A stretch of 64,000 bases of DNA from Squalus acanthias (GCA_030390025.1 CM059432.1:77254001-77318000), one strand, 5' to 3'. Shown: positions 39,001 through 51,787, counted from the stretch's first letter. Made by a program: numbers and translations. The notes: generated by a model not told the origin, from the letters alone.

Positions 39001-42000
39001 TTCTGAGACTGATATAGAGGAGTGGGGTATCTGAGACTACTATGGTGGAGTGGGGTAGCTGAGACTAGAATTGAGGAGTGGGGTATCTGAGACTAGTATA
39101 GTGGAGTGGGGTTTCTGAGACTGATATAGAGGAGTGGGGTATCTGAGACTACTATGGTGGAGTGGGGTAGCTGAGACTAGAATAGAGGAGTGGGGTATCT
39201 GAGACTGGTATAGTGGAGTGGGGTATCTGAGACTGGTATAGTGGAGTGGGGTATCTGAGACTAGTATAGAGGAGTGGGGTATCTGAGACTGGTATAGAGG
39301 AGTGGGGTATCTGAGACTGGTATAGAGGAGTGGGGTATCTGAGACTAGTATAGTGGAGTGGGGTATCTGAGACTAGTATAGTGGAGTGGGGTATCTGAGA
39401 CTAGTATAGAGGAGTGGGGTATCTGAGACTAGTATAGTGGAGTGGGGTATCTGAGACTAGTATAGAGGAGTGGGGTATCTGAGACTGGTATAGTGGAGTG
39501 GGGTATCTGAGACTAGTATAGTGGAGTGGGGTATCTGAGACTAGTATAGTGGAGTGGGGTATCTGAGACTGTATAGTGGAGTGGGGTATCTGAGACTGGT
39601 ATAGTGGAGTGGGGTATCTGAGACTAGTATAGAGGAGTGGGGTATCTGAGACTAGTATAGTGGAGTGGGGTATCTGAGACTGGTATATAGGAATGGGGTA
39701 TCTGAGACTCGTATAGTGGAGTGGGGTATCTGAGACTGGTATAGTGAAGTGGGGTATCTGAGACTGGTATAGTGGAGTGGGGTATCTGAGACTAGTATTG
39801 TGGAGTGCGGTATCTGAGACTGGTAAATTCGAGTGGTGTTTCTGAGACTAGTATAGTGGAGTGGGGTATCTGAGACTAGTATCGTGGAGTGGGGTATCTG
39901 AGACTAGTATTGTGGAGTGGGGTATCTCAGACTAGTATAGAGGAGTGGGGTATCTGAGACTAGTATAGTGGAGTGGGGTATCTGAGACTAGTATAGAGGA
40001 GTGCGGTATCTGAGACTAGTATAGTGGAGTGGGGTATCTGAGACTAGTATAGTGGAGTGGGGTATCTGACACTAGTATAGTGGAGTGGGGTATCTGAGAC
40101 TAGTATAGAGGAGTGGGGTATCTGAGACTAGTATAGAGGAGTGGGGTATCTGAGACTAGTATAGTGGAGTGGGGTATCTGAGACTAGTATAGTGGAGTGG
40201 GGTATCTGAGACTAGTATAGTGGAGTGGGGTATCTGAGACTAGTATAGTGGAGTGGGGTATCTGAGACTAGTATAGTGGAGTGGGGTATCTGAGACTAGT
40301 ATAGTGGAGTGGGTATCTGAGACTGGTATAGTGGAGTGGGGTATCTGAGACTGTATAGAGGAGTGGGGTATCTGAGACTAGTATAGTGGAGTGGGGTATC
40401 TGAGACAGGTATAGTGGAGTGGGGTATCTGAGACTAGTATAGAGGAGTGGGGTATCTGAGACTGGTATAGTGGAGTGGGGTATCTGAGACTGGTATAGTG
40501 GAGTGGGGTATCTGAGACTGGTATAGAGGAGTGGGGTATCTGAGACTGGTATAGTGGAGTGGGGTATCTGAGACAGGTATAGTGGAGTGGGGTATCTGAG
40601 ACTGGTATAGAGGAGTGGGGTATCTGAGACTAGTATAGTGGAGTGGGGTATCTGAGACTTGTATAGAGGAGTGGGGTATCTGAGACTAGTATAGTGGAGT
40701 GGGGTTTCTGAGACTAGTTTAGTGGAGTGGGGTATCTGAGACTAGTTTCGAGGAGTGGGGTATCTGAGACTGGTATAGTGGAGTGGGGTATCTGAGACTA
40801 GTATAGAGGAGTGGGGTATCTGAGACTAGTATAATGGAGTGGGGTATCTGAGACTGATATAGAGGAGTGGGGTATCTGAGACTAGCATAGTGGAGTGGGG
40901 TATCTGAGACTAGCATAGAGGAGTGGGGTATCTGAGACTAGTATAGTGGAGTGGGGTATCTGAGACTAGTATTGAGGAGTGGGGTATCTGAGACTGGTAT
41001 AGTGGAGTTGGGTATCTGAGACTGGTATAGAGGAGTGGGGTATCTGAGACTCGTATAGTGGAGTGGGGTATCTGAGACTGTATAGTGTAGTGGGGTATCT
41101 GAGACTGGTATAGTGGAGTGGGGTATCTGAGACTAGTATTGTGGAGTGCCGGTATCTGAGACTGGTAAATTCGAGTGGGGTATCTGAGACTAGTATAGTG
41201 GAGTGGGGTATCTGAGACTAGTATAGTGGAGTGGGGTATCTGAGACTAGTATAGTGGAGTGGGGTATCTGAGACTTGTATAGAGGAGTGGGGTATCTGAG
41301 ACTAGTATAGTGGAGTGGGGTATCTGAGACTAGTATAGAGGAGTGCGGTATCTGAGACTAGTATAGTGGAGTGGGGTATCTGAGACTAGTATAGTGGAGT
41401 GGGGTATCTGAGACTAGTATAGAGGAGTGGGGTATCTGAGACTAGTATAGAGGAGTGGGGTATCTGAGACTAGTATAGTGGAGTGGGGTATCTGAGACTA
41501 GTATAGTGGAGTGGGGTATCTGAGACTAGTATAGTGGAGTGGGGTATCTGAGACTAGTATAGTGGAGTGGGGTATCTGAGACTAGTATAGTGGAGTGGGG
41601 TATCTGAGACTAGTATAGTGGAGTGGCGTATCTGAGACTGGTATAGTGGAGTGGGGTATCTGAGACTGATATAGAGGAGTGGGGTTTCTGAGACTAGTAT
41701 AGTGGAGTGGGGTATCTGAGACTAGTATAGTGGAGTGGGGTATCTGAGACTGGTATAGAGGAGTGGGGTATCTGAGACTAGTATAGTGGAGTGGGGTATC
41801 TGAGACAGGTATAGTGGAGTGGGGTATCTGAGACTAGTATAGAGGAGTGGGGTATCTGAGACTGGTATAGTGGAGTGGGGTATCTGAGACAGGTATAGTG
41901 GAGTGGGGTATCTGAGACTGGTATAGAGGAGTGGGGTATCTGAGACTAGTATAGTGGAGTGGGGTATCTGAGACTGGTATAGAGGAGTGGGGTATCTGAG

Positions 42001-45000
42001 ACTAGTATAGTGGAGTGGGGTATCTGAGACTAGTATAGTGGAGTGGGGTATCTGAGACTAGTATAGAGGAGTGGGGTATCTGAGACTAGTATAGTGGAGT
42101 GGGGTATCTGAGACTAGTATAGAGGAGTGGGGTATCTGAGACTAGTATAGAGGAGTGGGGTATCTGAGACTGATATAGAGGAGTGGGGTATCTGAGACTA
42201 GTATAGTGGAGTGGGGTATCTGAGACTAGTATAGAGGAGTGGGGTATCTGAGACTAGTATAGTGGAGTGGGGTATCTGAGACTAGTATTGAGGAGTGGGG
42301 TATCTGAGACTGGTATAGTGGAGTGGGGTATCTGAGACTAGTATAGAGGAGTGGGGTATCTGAGACTAGTATAGTGGAGTGGGGTATCTGAGACTAGTAT
42401 AGTGGAGTGGGGTATCTGAGACGAGTATAGAGGAGTGGGGTATCTGAGACTGTATAGAGGAGTGGGGTATCTGAGACTGTATAGAGGAGTGGGTATCTGA
42501 GACTAGTATAGTGGAGTGCGGTATCTGAGACTAGTATAGTGGAGTGGGGTATCTGAGACTGGTATAGTGGAGTGGGGTATCTGAGACTAGTATAGTGGAG
42601 TGGGGTATCTGAGACTGGTATAGTGGAGTGGGGTATCTGAGACTAGTATAGAGGAGTGGGGTATCTGAGACTAGTATAGTGGAGTGGGGTTTCTGAGACT
42701 GATATAGAGGAGTGGGGTATCTGAGACTGGTATAGTGGAGTGGGGTATCTGAGACTAGAATAGAGGAGTGGGGTATCTGAGACTAGTACAGTGGAGTGGG
42801 GTATCTGAGACTAGTATAGTGGAGTGGGGTATCTGAGACTAGTATAGAGGAGTGGGTTATCTGAGACGAGTATTTTGGAGTGGGGTATCTGAGACTAGTA
42901 TAGAGGAGTGGGTTATCTGAGACTAGTATAGAGGAGTGGGGTATCTGAGACTAGTATAGAGGAGTGGGGTATCTGAGACTAGTATAGAGGAGTGGGGTAT
43001 CTGAGACTGGTATAATGGAGTGGGGTATCTGAGACTAGTATAGTGGAGTGGGGTATCTGTGACTAGTATAGTGGAGTGGGGTATCTGAGACTAGTATAGT
43101 GGAGTGGGGTATCTGAGACTAGTATAGTGGAGTGGGGTATCTGAGACTAGTATAGTGGAGTGGGGTATCTGAGACTAGTATAGTGGAGTGGGGTATCTGA
43201 GACTGGTATAGAGGAGTGGGGTATCTGAGACTAGTATAGTGGAGTGGGGTATCTGAGACTAGTATAGAGGAGTGGGGTATCTGAGACTAGTATAGAGGAG
43301 TGGGGTATCTGAGACTAGTATAGTGGAGTGGGGTATCTGAGACTAGTATAGTGGAGTGGGGTATCTGAGACTAGTATAGTGGAGTGGGGTATCTGAGACT
43401 GGTATAGAGGAGTGGGGTATCTGAGACTAGTATAGTGGAGTGGGGTATCTGAGACTAGTATAGTGGAGTGCGGTATCTGAGACTGGTATAGTGGAGTGGG
43501 GTATCTGAGACTGATATAGAGGAGTGGGGTATCTGAGACTAGTATAGTGGAGTGGGGTATCTGAGACTAGTATAGTGGAGTGGGGTATCTGAGACTGGTA
43601 TAGAGGAGTGGGGTATCTGAGACTGGTATAGTGGAGTGGGGTATCTGAGACAGGTATAGTGGAGTGGGGTATCTGAGACTGGTATAGAGGAGTGGGGTAT
43701 CTGAGACTGGTATAGTGGAGTGGGGTATCTGAGACAGGTATAGTGGAGTGGGGTATCTGAGACTGGTATAGAGGAGTGGGGTATCTGAGACTAGTATAGT
43801 GGAGTGGGGTATCTGAGACTTGTATAGAGGAGTGGGGTATCTGAGACTAGAATAGTGGAGTGGGTATCTGAGACTTGTATAGTGGAGTGGGGTATCTGAG
43901 ACTAGTATAGAGGAGTGGGGTATCTGAGACTAGTATAGTGGAGTGGGGTATCTGAGACTAGTATAGAGGAGTGGGGTATCTGAGACTAGTATAGTGGAGT
44001 GGGGTATCTGAGACTAGTATAGTGGAGTGGGGTATCTGAGACTAGTATAGTGGAGTGGGGTATCTGAGACTGGTATAGAGGAGTGGGGTATCTGAGACTA
44101 GTATAGTGGAGTGGGGTATCTGAGACTAGTATAGAGGAGTGGGGTATCTGAGACTAGTATAGTGGAGTGGGGTATCTGAGACTGGTATAGTGGAGTGGGG
44201 TATCTGAGACTAGTATAGTGGAGTGGGGTATCTGAGACTAGTATAGAGGAGTGGGGTATCTGAGACTGGTATAGAGGAGTGGGGTATCTGAGACTGATAT
44301 AGTGGAGTGGGGTATCTGAGACAGGTATAGTGGAGTGGGGTATCTGAGACTGGTATAGAGGAGTGGGGTATCTGAGACTAAAATAGTGGAGTGGGGTATC
44401 TGAGGCTTGGATAGAGGAGTGGGGTATCTGAGACTAAAATAGTGGAGTGAGGTATCTGAGACTAGTATAGTGGAGTGGGGTATCTGAGACTGGTATAGTG
44501 GAGTGGGGTATCTGAGACTAGTGTAGAGGAGTGGGGTATCTGAGACTAGTATAGTGGAGTGGGGTATCTGAGACTGATATAGAGGAGTGGGGTATCTGAG
44601 ACTAGTATAGTGGAGTGGGGTATCTGAGACTAGAATTGAGGAGTGGGGTATCTGAGACTGGTATAGTGGAGTGGGGTGTCTGAGACTGGTATAGTGGAGT
44701 GGGGTATCTGAGACTAGTATAGAGGAGTGGGGTATCTGAGACTGGTATAGTGGAGTTGGGTATCTGAGACTGGTATAGAGGAGTGGGTATCTGAGACTCG
44801 TATAGTGGAGTGGGGTATCTGAGACTGGTATAGTGGAGTGGGGTATCTGAGACTAGTATAGTGGAGTGGGGTATCTGAGACTAGTATAGAGGAGTGGGGT
44901 ATCTGAGACTGGTATAGTGGAGTGGGGTATCTGAGACTGGTATAGTGGAGTGGGGTATCTGAGACTAGTATAGTGGAGTGGGGTATCTGAGACTAGTATA

Positions 45001-46790
45001 GTGGAGTGGGGTATCTGAGACTAGTATAGTGGAGTGGGGTATCTGAGACTAGTATAGAGGAGTGGGGTATCTGAGACTAGTATAGTGGAGTGGGGTATCT
45101 GAGACTAGTATAGAGGAGTGGGGTATCTGAGACTAGTATAGTGGAGTGGGGTATCTGAGACTAGTATAGTGGAGTGGCGTATCTGAGACTGGTATAGTGG
45201 AGTGGGGTATCTGAGACTGATATAGAGGAGTGGGGTTTCTGAGACTAGTATAGTGGAGTGGGGTATCTGAGACAGGTATAGTGGAGTGGGGTATCTGAGA
45301 CTGGTATAGAGGAGTGGGGTATCTGAGACTGGTATAGTGGAGTGGGGTATCTGAGACTAGGTATAGTGGAGTGGGGTATCTGAGACTGGTATAGAGGAGT
45401 GGGGTATCTGAGACTAGTATAGAGGAGTGGGGTATCTGAGACTGGTATAGTGGAGTGGGGTATCTGAGACTAGTATAGAGGAGTGCGGTATCTGAGACTA
45501 GTATAGTGGAGTGGGGTATCTGAGACTGATATAGAGGAGTGGCGTATCTGAGACTAGCACAGTGGAGTGGGGCATCTGAGACTAGCTTAGAGGAGTGGGG
45601 TCTCTGAGACTAGTATAGAGGAGTGGGGTATCTGAGACTACAATAGTGGAGTGGGGTAACTGAGACTAGAATTGAGGAGTGGGGTATCTGAGACTAGTAT
45701 AGTGGAGTGGGGTATCTGAGACTAGTATAGAGGAGTGGGGTATCTGAGACTAGTATAGTGGAGTGGGGTATCTGAGACTAGTATAGAGGAGTGGGGTATC
45801 TGAGACTAGTATAGTGGAGTGGGGTATCTGAGACTAGTATAGTGGAGTGGGGTATCTGAGACTAGTATAGTGGAGTGGGGTATCTGAGACTAGTATAGTG
45901 GAGTGGGGTATCTGAGACTAGTATAGAGGAGTGGGGTATCTGAGACTAGTATAGAGGAGTGGGGTATCTGAGACTAGTATAGAGGAGTGGGGTATCTGAG
46001 ACTAGTATAGTGGAGTGGGGTATCTGAGACTAGTATAGTGGAGTGGGGTATCTGAGACTAGTATAGTGGAGTGGGGTATCTGAGACTAGTATAGTGGAGT
46101 GGGGTATCTGAGACTGGTATAGTGGAGTGGGGTATCTGAGACTAGTATAGTGGAGTGGGGTATCTGAGACTAGTATAGAGGAGTGGGGTATCTGAGACTG
46201 GTATAGTGGAGTGGGGTATCTGAGACTAGAATAGAGGAGTGGGGTATCTGAGACTAGTATAGTGGAGTGGGGTATCTGAGACGAGTATAGTGGAGTGGGG
46301 TATCTGAGACGAGTATAGAGGAGTGGGGTATCTGAGACTAGTACAGTGGAGTGGGGTATCTGAGACTAGTATAGTGGAGTGGGGTATCTGAGACTGGTAT
46401 AGAGGAGTGGGGTATCTGAGACTAGTATAGAGGAGTGGGGTATCTGAGACTAGTATAGAGGAGTGGGGTATCTGAGACTGGTATAGTGGAGTGGGGTATC
46501 TGAGACTAGTATAGTGGAGTGGGGTATCTGAGACTAGTATCGAGGAGTGGGGTATCTGAGACTAGTATAGAGGAGTGGGGTATCTGAGACTCGTGTAGAG
46601 GAGTGGGGTATCTGAGACTAGTATAGAGGAGTGGGGTATCTGAGACTAGTATAGTGGAGTGGGGTATCTGAGACTCGTATAGAGGAGTGGGGTATCTGAG
46701 ACTATTATAGACGAGTGGGGTATCTGAGACTAGTATAATGGAGTGGGGTATCTGAGACTGGTATAGTGGATTGTGTTTTCTAAGACTGGT
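21023..46790 (+). repeat. 28-bp G-rich tandem repeat, right arm, ~920 units, same orientation as the left arm
   Basis: Same consensus as the left arm, with recurring multi-unit variant cassettes. It ends in a degenerate unit GTGGATTGTGTTTTCTAAGACTGGT near 46790. Confidence 0.98.
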
Positions 46791-46802
46791 TAAAGAAAAA
46801 TA

Positions 46803-46847
46803 AATACTTTTTGAAGTGTAGTCACTGTTGTAATGTCGGAAACGTGA
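46803..46847 (-). mobile_element. Short Deu-SINE 3' fragment
   Basis: TACTTTTTGAAGTGTAGTCACTGTTGTAATGTCGGAAAC is the reverse complement of the SINE segment at ~12044-12083. Confidence 0.7.
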
Positions 46848-47429
46848 ATGAGGTATCCTGAAACTTAAATAGAGAAAATGAGGCATAAAGAGTTGTCCAG
46901 TGTGAGAAGAGTGGAGAGTGCATACGGCGACAGAAATCAGGTGGAGCTTACTGAGATACGTTGTGGTGAACCATGAAGGGATTTGAATACAAATATGAGA
47001 ATTCTGAAAGGAGTTTGCTGGGACATTGGGAGCCAGTGGAGCTTGGAGGAAAAGGGTGATGGGAGTGCAGGTAAGGACGTGGGCTGCAGCATTTTAGATG
47101 TGTTGAAGTTTATGTAATAGTTGAGGCGTGAAGGCAGGCTAGGATAGTGATCGAAAAGTCAAGCCTGCAAATAATGAAAGTTTGAATTATGGGTTTTATG
47201 GCAGAGGGGAGAAGCAGAGGTGGAGATGGAAGGAAATGGTCTTGGTAATGCAGTGGTTATGGGAAGAAGGCTGAGTTGGATGTCAAGCAGTACACCAGGG
47301 TTCCACAGCTCTTAACTAAGCCTAACATGGCAGCTGGTTGATGGAGTTGAGGCCAGAGGCACACAGGTGCACAGAGGCATGAACTGGCCAAGATAACCAA
47401 GACTCCCCAAGATACACAAACAGGAGTGT

Positions 47430-48702
47430 CCCAGTAGTCCAATTATTGCTGCCTGCCCCTGTCCCACCAAACTCATTTTCTCTTATCTTGACTTTTTTCC
47501 CCCCCTTTTGTCCAATCCTTACCCACTTTTGTCCAATCCTTACCCACTTACATCCATGACTCTTCTAACGCCTTCTGCCATTTTGACTAATTCTAGTTTT
47601 CCAGCCCCAATCTCCTTTTTACTATGGATGTCCAGTCACTACATCTCTATCCGTCACCAGCATGGCCTGTGGGCCTTCACTTCATCCTTGACCAGTTGCC
47701 ATCCACCACCTAGCTGAACTTGTTCTCATCCTGAACAACTTCTGCTTTAACTCTATTCACTTCCTTCAGAGAAAAGCTGTTTCTATTGGAAACTGCATGG
47801 ATCCTAGCTCAACCTGTCTTTTTGTCGGATATGTTAAACGCTCTTTTTCCAGTCCTATTCAAGCCGCCCCCTGACCTCTTTTTCCATTACACTGATAACT
47901 GCAGCAGTGCTGCTTCCTACTTTCATCCTGATTGTCAGTTTTATTAACTATGCTTCAAATTTCTACCTATTCCTTACTTTGGTGAGGTCCATCTCAGATA
48001 CTTCCCTTCCCTTCCTGGACTTCCCTCTCTCTATCTCTGAGGATGGACTTTCCACAGACATCTATTATAAACCCACCATCTCCCACAACTCCATTCCTTT
48101 CTCCCAGTTTCTCTGTATGATGATGTAACCTTCACCACCAGTGCATCTGAAATGTTCTTTTTTATCAGCAGATTCCCCTCTGCCATGGTAGACAGAAGCC
48201 TCGACAGGGTCCATCCTATTTCCTGTGCTTCTGCTCTCACCCCTTGCCCCCTCTTATAACCGCAATAATATCCAGCTTGTTTTCATTTTCCACCCCACCA
48301 GCCTCCACATTCACCAGATCATCTTCCACCATTTCCACCACCTCCAACTTAACCCCACCAAAAGACACATCTTCCTGTCTCCTTTGCACTTTTTCTGTAT
48401 CTCTTAAACATCTTTAATTTCTTTTTAATGCTTTTTCCTATTATCTCATGTTAATAACACTTCTGCCATTTAACTCTCCTGTTTTGCATTTCAGCATTTT
48501 ACAGGTAATTCTACTTCTCTTTTGTGTGTGTGTGTTTTCCTCCCCTCTCCCCTTGTTTGTTCCTTTTTAAATGCTGTTCAAAAGGTTTTCAACTTTTTCC
48601 CATTCTGATGAAGGGTTACACCTGAAATTGTAACTTGTTTATTCTCTCCACAGGTGCTGACAGACCTGTTGAGAGTTTTCATCAATTTCTGTTTTTGTTT
48701 TA
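47430..48702 (+). mobile_element. Second, older Penelope-like remnant
   Basis: Broken peptides 'SISDTSLPFLDFPLSISEDGLSTDIYYKPT' and 'SIPFSQFL'. The terminal segment 48590-48702 aligns with 8645-8762 and includes CTGATGA-AGG gttaca CCT-GAAA (48605-48627). Confidence 0.8.
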
Positions 48703-49210
48703 GTGTCATAACTTGTATAAACATGTCTAACTTGAAGCAGAAGCTAAATAAATGTAAAATTTGACATTTTTAAAATCTTGAAGAACAATTTACCACCTAA
48801 AGGAATGAGACTTATTTTATTAAATTGTTCAATTTCTGGTCCAGAGTGGTTGATCGGCATTGGATTAATAATTATCATGTGGTTAAAAAGGTACTTGCGC
48901 TGTTAATTGCCAGACTTAACTTTCTGTGGTGAGTTTAATGGGCAAATAATGTGCAAATCCAAGAAATTCTTAAAAATAACAGGGTGGGGTAAGGGCAAGA
49001 TGCCAACAAAACAACGGAATGGCGTATATCGACCAATAAATTCTGGATATTAGCAATTTATGGCATAGCTCTTAATCCTCTAAACTTGCTGGCTGATTTG
49101 CACATTAACACTGTGCGTCATTAACATGCAGTTATTTTTCCTGGATGATCTGGCCCAATGATATAAAAAAGAGTAAAACAGCAACTTGAAAAGGAAAGAT
49201 AGGTTGTAGC

Positions 49211-50920
49211 TTGCACGGGGCACGGCCTATCAATCCTGAGTTGTATTGCAACACCAAAGGCTACCACTCACTTAATGTGCAGTTGGTGAGCAACCACACC
49301 CAGCACATCATGATGGTGAGTGCCTCATATCCTGGCAGCAGTCATGATGCCTTCATCCTGCGCCAGTCCAGTGTGCCAGCAATCTTCCAGCCACCATGTC
49401 GAACCCAAGGGTGGCTGCTCGGAGACAAGGGCTATCCGCTCTACACCTGACTGATGATTCCCCTCTGCAACCCCACCACTCATGGCCAGCAATCATATAA
49501 TGAGAGCTATGCTGCCACAGGGAACCTCATCGAGCAGAGCATCAGGCTAAAGCCATGGGTCCACTCCCTTGACCGCTCGGGAGGAGCCCTCCAGTACACG
49601 CAGGTGTCCCATTTCGTCGTGATCTGCTGCATCCTCCACAACTTGGCCATCATGAAGGCGCAGCCCTTGCTACCACAGGTTCTGCGACCACCTCAGGAGG
49701 AGGAACAGAAGGAGGAGGAGGCAGGCAGCAGATCCCTGTTCCGTACGGGCTGTCATTGAGTGCCTCATCAGAACACAGTTTCTCTGAATGAAACCCCAGA
49801 TCCCCATTGCTCACCACTTCCCCACGTTATCATCCCTCTGTCACGGTGCATCACAGTATCCTTTTGGCACAAAGCTGAAATGAGAGCCACCTAAAAATAT
49901 ACATTCCAAACATAATTTATAAATGAATCAATCCAAAACTATGTTACAAAGTCAACTAATCACCCTTGTGCATTCCCTTAGTGTCTGTCTTTCGTGTTTG
50001 TTTTTGTACTCTAGTGCTCCTACGCAGTGCTACCCCAGTGACTGCAGCATGGCTGGTGGAAGGCTGCTGAGTTTCCGTGGGGGAGACTGCAGATGGCCTT
50101 GTAGGACGACATCGGGCAGCTCTGGGCTAGAAGGCCCAGCTGTAGACTGCATCTCCTCGGCATGGGTGGCAGCAGTCTAGGCTGGCTGACTGACAGGCAG
50201 CAGCAAGGGCACTAGCGGAGTGGCAGTGGTGGGAGTATAAATGCTGTCATCTTAAGAGAGGACAGCAGGTTCTTGCTCCACGGAGCCACTGCCACTCCCC
50301 CGAGGCGGTGCCTCAGCATTCCTAGCCATCTGTTGGAGCACAGATTGCTGGACTGCTGTGAGACCCTGCAAGCCCTTTTCCACACTTGAGCCACTCCTGC
50401 TTGTGCTGCAATGGAAGCTGCGACATCGCCCATCACACCCAGCATCATGGTTGTGTGCACAAGTGATCTAATGGAGTTTACCATCAATTCCATCCTGGAA
50501 ATCATGGGCTATAAGCTTCACGCAAAGGCCTGTGCAATGTTGGAGCCGGACTCCTTCTTGCTCCTTGGCAGTGACAAGAGCCTCTCTGGCAGGCCTACCA
50601 TTGCACCAAGCATTTCTGTGTGCTTCTGAAGGCCACCCCATTGAAGTCATCATCTGAGCCCTGTGCAGCAGAACTCATGCACGAACTCAACCTCTGGAGA
50701 GCTGGCATCCGAGCTACCCTTTTCCCCTGGCCTGGCTGCAGCCCACTTGTGCCTGGTGACTCACCATGTGCAGATCCTGCATCTATACTACCCTCTAAAG
50801 ACGTGCTTCCCCTCCGCCTGTCTGCTGCTCCTCACTTCTGTTATGCGTCACCTTGGCCTGCAAGAGAAAGGGAACTGTGTCAGTGAGTGTGGTGCAATGT
50901 GTTTGGGTGCCAGCAAAACC
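49211..50920 (+). mobile_element. Decayed Harbinger transposon: HARBI1-like DDE transposase C-terminal half (+) and probable convergent accessory-gene remnant (-)
   Basis: '[11 protein letters not shown]...[11 protein letters not shown]...[11 protein letters not shown]...IEQ...LDRSGGALQY...CCILHNLA...EEEQKEEE' with a premature stop at ~49448. The sequence at ~49970-50880 resembles the opposite-strand partner gene. Confidence 0.85.
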
Positions 50921-51194
50921 TGAGCCATGCAGGCCCTATGCCTGCCCAATTTCCTAGAAGGATCCTAAACAGGCATTCGGCCTTTCATTAGCATATGCAA
51001 GGGGCATAACCACTGTTTTTAGCAGCCACCCCGGACGCTTGAAATATGGCCCAACCCAATTTTGAGTTGGATGCTTTTCAGGCATTCTTAGGGCACAGGA
51101 AGTTGGTCCCCAACAAGGTCCATTTCCACTCCCTTGATTCTTAATATTTCTGGCCTCAGTTGTGGAAAGGAGAGATTCTCTTGGGCCTGCTGAC

Positions 51195-51720
51195 ACCTCC
51201 ACCCCCCACCCCTTCTGCCCTTCCCCTTCCCCCTTCCTCTTCTACTTCCTCCTCCTCTCTCTCTCCACCTCTGTCACCTCCCTCCTCCCTCCATCACATC
51301 CTCCCTGCCTCCCACTCCTTCCTCCCCTCTCCCCTTTCCCTCCTTCCCCTCTCCTGCCTCATCCTCTGTCCTTCTCACTTCCTCTCTCCTCCCTCCTTCA
51401 TCCTCTGTCCTCCTCACTTTGTCTCCGTCCCCTCCCTTTTCTCGACCTCATCCTCTCTCCTCCCTGCACTCCATCCTACCCCATCACTTCTCTGTCCCAC
51501 TCTCCTTCCCTCCCCCTTTCAGTCTCCCCTATACACTCCATCCCCCTCCCCTTCATTCTTCTACTCCCTCCTCTCTCTTCCCCCACCTCTGCTACCTTCA
51601 CCCCAACCTCTAACCATGCCCTACCTTCCCCTCCCCCTCAGCCTCAAACCCTCTTCTACCTTTACCTCTTAGCATCTAACCCCATTCTGCCTTCCCTTCT
51701 GGCTTCTTCTGCCCACCATT
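51195..51720. repeat. CT-rich polypyrimidine low-complexity tract
   Basis: About 520 bp that is overwhelmingly C/T on the plus strand, with no fixed period. Confidence 0.9.
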
Positions 51721-51787
51721 ATTCCTCAACCCTGGCTCAATTGTCCATATGTTCTGAACTGCTTAATTGGATTTCTTGGGAGACTAT

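Noticed and set aside
12205..46790. CRISPR array or telomeric repeat interpretation of the 28-bp repeat
   Set aside because: Units are head-to-tail with no unique spacers, there are no cas genes, and the context is vertebrate. The unit is not TTAGGG-based and the array has unique flanks on both sides.
15509..46886. Minus-strand ORFs with the LVSDTPLHYTSLRYPTPLYQSQIPHS repeat
   Set aside because: These are translations of three 28-bp units (84 nt). They are open only where variants remove the TAG, and show no splice or start context.
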